The notes under the pieces were generated by a model. That model was not told where the DNA came from, made no database searches, and saw only the letters and a program-made list of their open reading frames with translations. Source: Macrostomum lignano (lineage: Eukaryota). Taken from it: a stretch of 64,000 nucleotides of DNA. Positions within the stretch are counted from its first letter, which is position 1, and each line of letters opens with the position of its first letter. The translations under genes and the position numbers were made by a program. The stretch is from the NCBI GenBank assembly GCA_002269645.1, contig NIVC01003038.1:1-64000 (forward strand). The letters are read 5' to 3'. Positions 1 to 12,400 of the stretch are shown here, piece by piece.

Positions 1-1042
1 AAACAATAATCCCAATTGGGATTCTAGAGATCAAAATACTGATCCCAGTGGAGATTTTTAGGGATCAAAACAACTGCACAGTGATGACGGAAATCTGCCT
101 ATAAAGCATATTCGACAGGCACCATATCCGAGCTAAAACCCTGTTGCTAAGGAGGGCTTCCTCGTTAGTTCCCAAGTTTTTAACCTATCTATATGAGCGA
201 ATGCTTAGCTTAATAATGAAAGAAATTATTGATGTACATACTTTATCAAAGACAAAAACCGATTGCTGCTTTTACACTTACCTTGCTGTTACCTCATTTG
301 TTATACATGTAGGCTGTAGGTAATAGTAGTACATATAGTGCAATAATTAATGTCATTACATCTTGTTTTCTTTGTCAATTTAGACTGGTTTACCGCTTCA
401 ATAAAATACCTGCTTGAAGTCTTGTGCGTCTGACTTTCAGTTGTAAAAAAACCTATATAATTATTAGTTGTTTTACCACCTTATCAGGTGATAATTGACC
501 TCAGATAAGCCGCAGCTTATTGTTAGCATTATTTGTCGGCCATAAAAACTTTCGTCAGTGCGTAAAACCTAAGTTTTACGAGGCCGCAATTTGAGTTCTA
601 AAACAGATTGCGGCCAGATAAACTGATATCCATCGTGAATTGCTCACTATAAAGGACACGTTCAAGCCAAAATAACAGTGCACGTGTGGCCTTCACATGC
701 TCATAGGTACTAAGACGCTTACTTAGCTTTTAAGGGTTATAAAATGCAGAGGTAGATAATGAAAAGCAAAACCTGCCAATCAACATCCAGCAGATAAGCC
801 GAGCTCAACACTGCAATAAAACATTACGCATATCGAACACAAATAGGGCACGGACGGACTATGTAGCTCGTAGTCATTAAGTACCTTCAATGACAAGGTG
901 TCGATTTGAAATCTGCATTTTTATGAAATGGAGATCGGGATCTACCTGCAATAATAAGTATGTACGAGTATATCCCGCTTGCGATCTTGGGATCGAGGCC
1001 TAGAAGTGTTTTGACTTCAATCTGCAACTATAGAATTAGAAC

Positions 1043-2045
1043 TTCAGGCAGCTTTGGGATCGGGACTTCATACAGCTTTGGATCGGGACTTCAATACAGC
1101 TTTGGGATCGGGACTTCATACAGCTTTGGGATCGGGACTTCATACAGCTTTGGGATAGGACTTCAGGCAGCTTTGGGATCGGGACTTCATACAGCTTTGG
1201 GATCGGGACTTCATACAGCTTTGGGATCGGGGACTTCAGGCAGCTTTGGGATCGGGACTTCAGGCAACTTTGGGATCAGGGCTTCATACAGCTTTGGGAT
1301 TGGACTTCAGGAAGCTTTGGGATCGGGACTTCAGGCAACTTTGGGATCAGGGCTTCATACAGCTTTGGGATTGGGACTTCAGGCAGCTTTGGGATCGGGA
1401 CTTCAGGCAACTTTGGGATCAGGGCTTCATACAGCTTTGGGATTGGGACTTCAGGAAGCTTTGGGATTGGAACTTCAGGAGCTTTGGAATTGGGATTCAG
1501 GAAGCTTTGGAATAGGGACTTCAGGCAGGCTTTGGATCGGGGCTTCAGGCAGCTTGGGATCGGGACTTCAGGCAGCTTTGGATCGGGACTTCATACAGCT
1601 TTGGGATCGGGACTTCATACAGCTTTGGGATCGGGACTTCATACAGCTTTGGGATCGGGACTTCAGGCAGCTTTGGGATCGGGACTTCAGGCAACTTTGG
1701 GATCAGGGCTTCATACAGCTTTGGGATTGGGACTTCAGGAAGCTTTGGGATTGGAACTTCAGGAAGCTTTGGAATTGGGATTCAGGAAGCTTTGGAATCG
1801 GGACTTCAGGCAGCTTTGGGATCGGGGCTTCATACAGCTTTTGGGATTGGGACTTCAGGAAGCTTTGGGATCGGGACTTCAGGCAGCTTTGGGATCGGGA
1901 TTCAGGAAGCTTTGGGATCGGGACTTCAGGCAGCTTTGGGATCGGGACTTCATACAGCTTGGGGATCGGGACTTCAGGCAGATTTGGGATCGGGACTTCA
2001 GACAGCTTTGGGATCGGGACTTAGACAGCTTTGGGATCAGGACTT
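1043..2045. repeat. 24-bp minisatellite (GGGATCGGGACTTCAKRCAGCTTT)
   Basis: About 40 tandem copies; explains ORFs 960-2109. Confidence 0.95.
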
Positions 2046-2829
2046 CATGCAGCAAGGTCTAAAAAATATGAAAGGCAAAGTCGCACGCAAGCAAATTTTA
2101 ACACGGTGATAACTAATCTTTAACTGTGTGTGCCAGCAAGCCAAGAAACAGGAGACAACAAATTCTCGGATATATAATTGAACCAATGTCACAGAAACTC
2201 AGGCGGCAGTTAATTAAACAAAAAGATATAAAACAGCTTTGACAGACACTTTGTAGCTTTCTTCGAATTTGGAGCCTGTGAGCGCGGCGTCACTTTGAAG
2301 ACGACGCAAAGTTAGCAGAATAAATAAATAAATATAATATCCAATCGGTAAACATAGATTTGAAAATATTTATGAAAAAACAGTATAATTATAGTTATAT
2401 ACGAAGGCCATCTCGGACAAAATTGTCCATTTAGGATTAAAACATACGTCAAGATGTCCCGCTTAACAAATTTATGCATAGAAGAGATGGGGAAGCGGGC
2501 CAAATAGAACTCTGTATTAAACAATTTATACTATACTAAATAAGCCTATAGCAGTAGTAGTAGAGATCGTATATGAGGAGTGACTACTTTTATTTTTATT
2601 TTGGGAAATATGAGAACACAAAAAACTGAATAATGACAAAGTCGATTTTCTTTATCTGTCCAACAGATACTGCAATAACCAGGGCATGGGCCACTAAGTA
2701 GATTTGCGTGCAAGCTACTTGTAGTTCAGTAGAAAGTAGCAAATATACGTATTTTAATTTATTTAAAAAAACAGAGTATCATTGGTTCTATTAACCCGGA
2801 ATGGCATTGGGAGAGCCATTCAAAGAGGT

Positions 2830-3105
2830 AAGGGGTCAGCTGACCTCACTATTGAAACCAGATTTACTGGGGGGTCAAAGGGTCAGCTGTCCCCTCCCTA
2901 GTGAAACAGATTTACTGGGGGGCCAAGGGGTCAGCTGTTCCCCTAGTGAAAACAGATTTACTGGGGGTCAAGGGGTCAGCTGCCCCCTAGTGAAACAGAT
3001 TTACTGGGGGTCAAGGGGTCAGCTGTCCCCTTAGTGAAACAGATTTACTAGGGGGTCAAGGGGTCCCTGTCGCCCCTAGTGAAACAGATTTACCAACAAG
3101 CCAAT
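2830..3105. repeat. ~45-bp tandem repeat (GAAACAGATTTACTGGGGGTCAAGGGGTCAGCTGTCCCCTAGT)
   Basis: About 6 copies at the UBR 3' end. Confidence 0.9.
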
Positions 3106-3429
3106 GCTAAAGAGGCCCATACAGTTAGTGGAGTACCCGTGATTTGTCCTCCGGGACGATTGCCCTCCTTCTGTCCTCTATTAAACTTCAAAGAATTTCC
3201 CGAGTGCGGATCGCGACCAGCTCTGGCGGCCAGCGAGTGGCGCAGCCAGTCCTCCTGCAGGCGGCTGTACATGGCGGAGCTCAGCTGCAGCGGCTGGCCC
3301 CGGCGAAGATATTCGTCGGTCTCGCCGTACCGATCAACGTAGGGAGCGCTGGAGATGCAGCCCAGGCGGTTGGGGCCGACACCAGCAGCAGGGTGCAGTC
3401 TAGCACGCGAAGGAACACGCCGGTGCCGC
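3090..3429 (-). CDS. UBR1/UBR2: UBR exon 13 (terminal; frameshift near 3376; 3' end uncertain)
   Basis: GGTGVFLRVLDCTLLLV in one frame, then PNRLGCISSAPYVDRYGETDEYLRRGQPLQLS in another. Confidence 0.8.
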
Positions 3430-6400
3430 CTGCGGGAGAGTCCAGATGGGCTTTTATTGATGAAGGCAGCTTAGCTTCGCGTTCGGGATCAAGAATATCG
3501 ATCTTTAAAGTAGGGAACAGATTCTCAATACGGGATTTTGAACTAATCTGCAACACCCTATTTGAAGGACTGCGTAAGTGAGGATTCTCAAACTCAGTCA
3601 CACACCAATCCCTAGGATGCAGGGTGAATGCTAGATAAAGAGTCCAGCTCATGACTGCGGGCCAGATGAGAGAGGAAAGGAAAAAGATGAGAGATGACAT
3701 GAGAAAAAGAAGACTCAAATCTATATGAGATTTATGTAGAGCTTAAACAAGGGCCGCATGTGAACTCAGGGAGATGTGCAATGGTCATTGCCTTCTTCCA
3801 GAGACATATTTCACTACACCGTGGTTGCTCTCCCATCTGCCCCTTTTGCGATCTAGAAGAGGGCGGGCGCATCACGGCCTCGCGGCCTATTCGCGGCGCT
3901 CTGCTCCCCCGTCAGTAGTAAGTAAACAAGTAGTATGTGGCCCCGTGGACCTTATGGAAGCAAATGGGTTTCAGGAGACAAGCTCAAAATTTGGGATTTT
4001 TTAGGAAGCACACTCCGATCCCCAAAAGCTAGGATTCTAGGAATCAGCGAATTATAACAGCTAGCCTTAGTCAGCTCACCTGTGCACATAACGGCGTGCA
4101 GATTGGCTCCGCCGATAGCGCGATCGCCGTTGAACACAGGCATCTGGCAGCAGTTGGAGTTGCTGCACACCAGCTTGCCGCAGGCCAGGCACTTGGCCGG
4201 CTGGAGACTTCGGCCGGCCGGGCCCGGGCCAGCGCCGGACGGGCACTGGAAGTCGCTGCACTCCAGCAGCAGGTCGGTATAGTCGGTAGGCAAGCTGACC
4301 AGCCGGGCCGCCTGCCTGGGATACCTGACAGCCGGGCTGGCAGCTCTGGCCTGCAGCCTGGCAGAGTCTTGGCACCACAGGGACACCAGCTGCTCTGTGG
4401 GCAGGTCGCACGGCCGGCGGGGCAGCTGCAGCAGGCCGGCCAGCCAGGCGAACTCCGCCTCGGCCGAGGACGCAGGCTCCGGCTCCGACGGCGCCGGGGC
4501 GTCGGTCAGGGCGCGATAGAAAATGGCGGCGCAACGGAGCAGCGCAGGCAGGCGGCGGCGACTTGATCGCCAGGCCGGGGCCGGACAAGGCGGCTGGCGG
4601 CAGGCCGACGGCGCTGCGGCACTGGCGGACCAGCCGGTCGAGTTTCCGACAGTCGCTGTCGTCTCCAGAGGCGTCGGCATCGGAGTCGGCGTTAGTGGAA
4701 GCGTCGGGATCGCTCGGCAAGGTGAGGCAGATCTGCCGGGGTTGGTTGGGACGGCGGATATGAGGGAGTTCTGCTATAAGAAATCGAAGTTTACCCTATC
4801 TAGGAATCAGGATTCCCTTACTTGAGACGGGGATTCCCCTACAAGAAATCGGGATTTCGCCTATAAGAAATGGGATTTCCCTACTAGAAATAGGTATCCC
4901 CTACTATAAATGGGGATTTCCCTACTAGAATTCGGGATTCCCCGACTAGAAATCGGATTTTCCCCTACTAGAAATAGGGTCTCCCTACTAGAAATCGAGA
5001 TTTCCCTACAAGAAATCGGGATTTCCCTACAAGAAATCGGGATATCCCCTATTAGAAATCGGGATTCCCCTACTAGAAATAGGGATTTTCCTTCTATGAA
5101 ACGGGATTCCCCTACTAAGAATCGGGATTTTCCTTCTATAAAACGGGATTCCCCTACTAAGAATCGGGATTTTCTTCTATGAATCGGGATTCCCCTACTA
5201 AGAATCGGGATTTTACTTTTATGAATCGGGATTCCCCTACTAAGAATCGGGATTTTACTTTTATGAATCGGGATTCCCCTACTAAGAATCGGGATTTTAC
5301 TTTTATGAAACGGGATTCCCCTACTAAGAATCGGGATTTTCTTCTATGAATCGGGATTCCCCTACTAAGAATCGGGATTTTACTTTTATGAATCGGGATT
5401 CCCCAACTAGGAATCGGGATTTTCCTTCTTTGAATCGGGATTCCCCAACTAGGAATCGGGATTTTCCTTCTTTGAATCGGGATTCCCCAACTAGGAATCG
5501 GGATCTTCCTTCTTTGAATCGGGATTCCCCAACTAGGAATCGGGATTCATGGTTTCTCCTATCGGATATTGAGGAATTTCAATCAAATACAAACCTGAAA
5601 AACGTGCGCCCCGGCAACCAGGCGAATCAGGCGACACAGATCGGCATCCGAGCAGTCGGGCGGCTGCCCGGCCATGCGGTACAGGCAGTAGGTGAGCTGC
5701 ACCAGACAGGTGGACATGTCCGCCTCTAGCAGACAGGGCAGAGGCAGATTGGGACGCTGGAGATGCAGCAGCAGGCTCAGGTTATTAATAGCCAGCTGAT
5801 GCAACCGGTCGAAATCCGAGTCCGAAGCGACCGGCCGCTGAGCCACTGCGCGGACGAGGGCGGCCAGGCCGACCGCGCATCGCTCCGGCAGGGCGGAGAA
5901 CAGCGGCCGCTCCGTGGCCCGGCCGGCAGTCTCGGCCGCCTGCAGGCTAAATGCCACCGTCAGGAGCAGCGGGTCGGCTTTTTCTGGCAGCTTCCAGCCT
6001 GTCGGCATCAGCTCAGGCGGCAGGTCGGCGCCCAGACCGCGAACCTCGCACACCTGGGTATAACAAATTAATATTTGCAGAAGGCTTCTGAAGCCAGCGC
6101 TGAGGCGAGTCTGCCTGACCCCGATGAATACGGTAACAGCAGAGTCGTTGCAGGTAACACACAGGTAAAAATAGGAAAGAAGTGACTCTAGACGACTTGA
6201 AACCAACGATATATGACGGTAATAATATAATAATTTTTTAAACCTGCCTTAATAGGGCCAGATGAGCAACCGACAGCTCAGCCGCAGCTATTGCGCGGCG
6301 CATCTGAAGGCTGCGTACGGCTGTTCAGTCCAAGGACTGGGGGGTCGCCACACACCCTCAATTACCCCAGCTAATGCTGGCACCCATTTTACAGCTGGGT

Positions 6401-9400
6401 GAACTGAAGCAATGCAGAGTTAAGTGTCTTGCTCAAGGACACAAATTGTTCCAGTGGGAACGAGAATCGAACCCCGGACCTTTCAGTCGTGAGTCCGATG
6501 CTCTGACCACTAGGCTACAACCCCATAATCACGGTATAAGTCGCCAAAGAGTCGCCTAACAGTCAATTTGAAAGGTATTATTGTCCGCGACTTCAAAACG
6601 ACTCTGAGGCCGTAGAGCCGTACCTGAGGCGTGCTGGGTCGCTGCAGAATCACCGACTTGCGTCTAAAGCGCATCTGCGTCACTTGATGAATTAGAATCG
6701 CATTCATTTCGCATCTAAAACAATTCTATTTAGATAGAAAGTCAATCGCTCTTAGACTCTTCCGACGACTTTTAAGCGACTCTTTTACGATTCTGCAACT
6801 CACGTGAGCCGCTCGTGACTCTTGATTGCATTTTCAACGCTTGAGTCGCCAGGCATGTACACTCCCTGTGCCTTGGGTGGGGGCTGTCCCTCTTTCATAT
6901 GAGTGTGAATCGCAAGCCCCACATAAATGTGGCCTCACAAATCATATCGAACCCAACTCGCGCATACCTTGGCCAAATTGTTCAGCGCCTGCGCAGCTTC
7001 GGCGCCGGGCCAGGAGTTGTCGTCGTGATTTTTTCTAAAAGCGACAACTCTAGACTCGGCGGCGGCTTGCGGCGGCCATTTTGGCAGGCCGGCTGCGACC
7101 CCGTCCCGGATGCTTGACAGCCAGCTGTCGAAGCGGCCGCTGTCAGCGTTGGCATCGAACTGGTGCTGCTGCTGCTGCTCAGCTGAACACGGCAGGCTGG
7201 GGGCAACAGGCAGGGCGCAGTTGCACAGCTGCTGGCACAGAGGGCACAGGTAGCGGCTGCGGCCGAGCTCGCCGCCCCGGTTCACGTGCACATTAGACGG
7301 CGAGTCCATGAAGTCCGAATAGCAGGACCGGTGCATGGCGTGGCCGCACGACGAGAAATGCGAGCCTTCCAATAGTTCGGCCTCGACAAAGCAGCCGGAC
7401 CAGTCGGTGTCGCGGGACCGGCCTCGGTCCTGGCTGAGCACGGTGGAGCGCTGCACCAGTCCGGCTAGAAGCATGGGGTCCCTGGAGTCGGGCCGGTTGG
7501 CCTCCTGGCACAGCAGGCAGGTCAGGCCCGGCTGCGGCTCGTGCGCCACCGTGCGATTGGGGCCTGCGAAGATTGGGGTGGGGGAGGATGGTTTTGATTA
7601 ATTTGCTATCTGCGCTACTATAAGTAGGCGATGGCCTAGCAATTTTTAATTTAGGTAATTTCGACTAGTAAATGTGAAATACCAGTTGAGGAATGTGAAC
7701 TGCCGGAAAAGGAGTGTGAAATGTTGATAAAGGAATGTGAAATGTCGCTAAAGGAGTGTGAAATGTTGATAAAGGAGTGTGAAATGTTGATAAACGAGTG
7801 TGAAATGTTGATAAAGGAGTGTGAAATGTTGATAAAGGAGTGTGAAATGTTGATAAAGGAGTGTGAAATGTTGATAAAGGAATGTGAAATGTCGCTAAAG
7901 GAGTGTGAAATGTTGATAAACGAGTGTGAAATGTTGATAAAGGAGTGTGAAATGTTGATAAAGGAGTGTGAAATGTTGATAAAGGAGTGTGAAATGTTGA
8001 TAAACGAGTGTGAAATGTTGATAAAGGAGTGTGAAATGTTGATAAAGGAGTGTGAAATGTTGATAAAGGAATGTGAAATGTTGATAAAGGAGTGTGAAAT
8101 GTTGATAAAGGAATGTGAAATGTCGCTAAAGGAGTGTGAAATGTTGATAAAGGAGTGTGAAATGTTGATAAAGGAGTGTGAAATGTTGATAAAGGAGTGT
8201 GAAATGTTGATAAACGAGTGTGAAATGTTGATAAAGGAGTGTGAAATGTTGATAAAGGAGTGTGAAATGTTGATAAAGGAATGTGAAATGTTGATAAAGG
8301 AGTGTGAAATGTTGATAAAGGAATGTGAAATGTCGCTAAAGGAGTGTGAAATGTTGATAAAGGAGTGTGAAATGTTGATAAAGGAGTGTGAAATGTTGAT
8401 AAAGGAATGTGAAATGTCGCTAAAGGAGTGTGAAATGTTGATAAAGGAGTGTGAAATGTCGCTAAAGGAGTGTAAAATGTCGATAAAGGAGTGTGAAATG
8501 TTGATAAAGGAGTGTGAAATGTTGATAAAGGAATGTGAAATGTCGCTAAAGGAGTGTGAAATGTTGATAAAGGAGTGTGAAATGTTGATAAACGAGTGTG
8601 AAATGTTGATAAAGGAGTGTGAAATGTTGATAAAGGAGTGTGAAATGTTGATAAAGGAGTGTGAAATGTTGATAAAGGAGTGTGAAATGTTGATAAAGGA
8701 GTGTGAAATGTTGATAAAGGAGTGTGAAATGTTGATAAAGGAGTGTGAAATGTTGATAAAGGAGTGTGAAATGTTGATAAACGAGTGTGAAATGTTGATA
8801 AAGGAGTGTGAAATGTTGATAAAGGAGTGTGAAATGTTGATAAAGGAATGTGAAATGTAGGTTAATAAATGTGAGAGGTTGGTGAGAAATGTGAAATGCC
8901 AGTACAGGTGAAGTGTCATAAAGTAGAAACCGAAGCCCCCAGGCCTCACCAATAAGCGGTCCGTCGGACCGTCGACCAGCAGAAGTCGACTCTGTCGAAT
9001 TCTCCGACGCTGTCGCTCCGCCGCTTTTATCGTCGGCCTGTTCAACCAAGTCGCCGTACTCGGCCAGGAAGTTCTTCTGCATTCGCATCATCTTGGCCAT
9101 CAGGCGGTCCCGCCGATCCTGAGCCAGCTTCTGCTGCTGACGCCGACGAACCTCGGCCTCGGCGGCGTCCCTGGCCGCGTCCAGGCCGCCCGAGCCGCCA
9201 CCGCCGACTTCTCCAGCCTCGTTGCCGCCACTTTCGCCGCCTTCGCCCTGACCGGTGCACAGTCGGCGAAGCCTCGCCAAAGTATAGCCGTGCAGCTGCC
9301 TGACTGAGTCCATCGCCAGGCGCGATTTCGGCACCGACTCCATCGCCGACATCAAGCTGGCCTCGCCGATGCCAGACAGCACGCAGTCGAGAAATCGTCG

Positions 9401-12400
9401 ATCGCCCCGACGTTGGTCTTCGTCAAGGCCTACTAGCATCAGGTAGAGGACTCGTTCCAGCTGCACCTCCGACCAATGCCGCTTCGAGCTGGCGCCGGCG
9501 TCCTTGGTTGCCTGGACAACGGCACGCATCAGGCCGAGCATGACGTCGCAGTGCAGCAATTCAACAATCGGCTGGTAGGCTGCGGCAAAGGCCGGCAGCT
9601 GCGGCGGCCGAACAATTGGCAGGTCGGCGGCTGGCGTAGCTGCCCGCCGTTTGGTCATGCTGTGCAGCGCCTTGGAGGTGGCCGACTTGGCCAGGCGCGG
9701 GTAGAACGGATTGAACCGGCTGTAGTGCTGCTCGCGCAGGTGGAACTCGCCTTTGTTTTGGCCCTGACAGTGCAGGTTAGAAATAATGTACATTCATTTT
9801 GTGTGTTAACTAGCAGGCCATCACTGCCCAAATCTTCGGTACTTCAGCGGGTACCCCTCAGGTATTTCAGCGGGTACCCGTCAGGTATTTCAGCGGGTAC
9901 CCCTCAGGTATTTCAGCGGGTACCCCTCAGGTATTTAAGCGTGTACCTTCAGTTACTTCAGCGGGTACCCTCAGATACTTCAGCCGGTACCCTCAGATAC
10001 TTCAGCGGGTACCCCTCAGGTATTTCAGCGGGTACCCCTCAGGTGTTTAAGCGGTTACCCCTCTGGTATTTACTGTAAGCCGGTGCCCTCAGATACTTCA
10101 GCCGGTACCCTCAGATACTTCAGCCGGTACCCTCAGATACTTCAGCCGGTACCCTCAAGCACTTCAGCCGGTGCCCTCAGACACTGATTACGAAAAAGCC
10201 CACACTTTTAGCGAGTCAAAGGTTGACACTCAGTTACCTTAACTCGCTACTGACAGTAGCAACTACGGAAAGCATAAAACCCAGACGCACCTGGACCCCC
10301 GGAACTCGGCCAGCTTGTCAATAACTCCGTCCAATTTAGCAAAGCACTCCAGCTGCCTATCAGCCGCTGGCAATTTCCGCACTAAATCGTTAGCCAATCG
10401 CAGCAGTTTAGAATGCGACTGCGGCTCCGCAACCAGATGCTGCAACAAATCTTCTTCAACCATTTCCATAAAGGCTACAGACTGGCCAACGCCCGGCACT
10501 CTACGTTCGCACACCACATTGATGAGGCAGCGCAGCATCTCTTCAACAATAGACCGTTCGGCCTCATTGTCGTAGCGCTCGGCGGCAGATTCACTAGAAC
10601 TCGCAGCTCCCAGAGTCCAGCGTTGCAATTCGAAAGCGTCCAGCAGGCGCAGTATGAACTGGTCTGGCGGCACCGTGGCAGCGGCCAGTTGCACCAGGTG
10701 CAGGTCTCTGAGGGACATGCCGACAGCGGCTGACTGGTGGCTGCTGTACTGCAGGTTCACATTCATCAGGGCCAAGCCGTTGCGTTTCCACAGGCCGGCG
10801 GCGATCTGGGCTGACCAAGCCAGCTGCCTGGCGGATGTCAGCCAGGCGATCTCGAAGCCCGGCCGGTTGGCCAGCAGCTCCAGCTGACGGCGGCACTGCG
10901 GCGAAGCCTCGTGATTGGCCATGGTGCAGGCCAGCAGTGAGTCCAGGAATCTGAGTAGGGGTGATGGAGAAACTTGTGGCAGTGAGATTCTGAGATGGGA
11001 GATTTCCAACAGTTTTTGAGCAGTGAGATTCTGAGATGGGAGATTTCTAACAGTTTTTGAGCAGTGAGATTCTGAGATGGGAGATTTCCAACAGTTTTTG
11101 AGCAGTGAGATTCTGAGATGGGAGATTTCCAACAGTTTTTGAGCAGTGAGATTCTGAGATGGGAGATTTCTAACAGTTTTTGAGCAGTGAGATTCTGAGA
11201 TGGGAGATTTCTAACAGTTTTTGAGCAGTGAGATTCTGAGATGGGAGATTTCCAACAGTTTTTGAGCAGTGAGATTCTGAGATGGGAGATTTCTAACAGT
11301 TTTTGAGCAGTGAGATTCTGAGATGGGAGATTTCTAACAGTTTTTGAGCAGTGAGATTCTGAGATGGGAGATTTCCAACAGTTTTTGAGCAGTGAGATTC
11401 TGAGATGGGAGATTTCCAACAGTTTTTGAGCAGTGAGATTCTGAGATGGGACACTTCAAACAGTGAGATTTTAAAGTTTGAGACTTTGATTAAATAGAGA
11501 TAAAGAATATCGAAAGTGATATTTCAAACAAAGACTACAAAGAGTCTCACCTGACCAGCGGTTGAAAGTGCGAAATGAACACCCGGCCGGACATGAGAGG
11601 AGCCAGCGCTCTCCCGGACAGCACGTGTCCGGCCAGACGGACTCTCTGTCCGGAATCGGCCAAGAAATTGGCACTGAGAGGCGGTTTCTGTTCAATAGCG
11701 TCGAGCACCTTGCCCAGTATAGTTGAGAACACGCTCTCATCTCTAGACAGGAACTCAGCCAGCAGGTGGTTCTGGTACATTGAGGACAGGAAGAAGATAA
11801 ACGGCATCTCCCATTCGAAGTCGAAGCCGATGTGGCCAACAATGTAGCGCCTGGCGCAGCAGGTGTCCTGGAACAGGCTGTACACCTGCAGGAAGCTTGG
11901 CAGAGCCTCGTTAATTGCCGCGAAAAAGTTCGGCTCCAGTTGTTCGAAGTCGTTATGCAGCAGGTATTCGATATCGCGCACCAGGTGCAAGCTGCGATTC
12001 CAGCGCGAGAACGGCATTCGGTCATCTTCGCTGAACTTCAGTAACTGCCGGCCAGACTCTTGATGCTGCTGGACCGAGCGTTGCAGCACCGACTTGATGA
12101 GAATGTCCACCAGAATCTTCAGGGCCTTCTGCTCCGTGATCAGGTACATCGCCTGCGGTAATCATGTTCAGTAATTAACGGTAAAATTAAAACATGGAAT
12201 AGAGACTGACTGACTAACTAACTGACTGACTGACTAACTGACTAACTAACTGACTGACTGACTAACTAATTAACTGACTGACTGACTGACTAACAAACAA
12301 ACTAACTGACTAACTAACTGACTGACTAACTAACTGACTGACTAACTAACTGACTAACTGACTGACTGACTGACTAACTAACTGACTGACTGACTAACTA

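Noticed and set aside
6455-6520. tRNA gene
   Set aside because: A and B boxes are present but I could not build a full cloverleaf, and the sequence runs into a SINE body.
10238-10262. 25-nt micro-exon that would fix the UBR exon 8/9 phase
   Set aside because: It contains an in-frame TAG and would need an upstream intron of only 28 nt.
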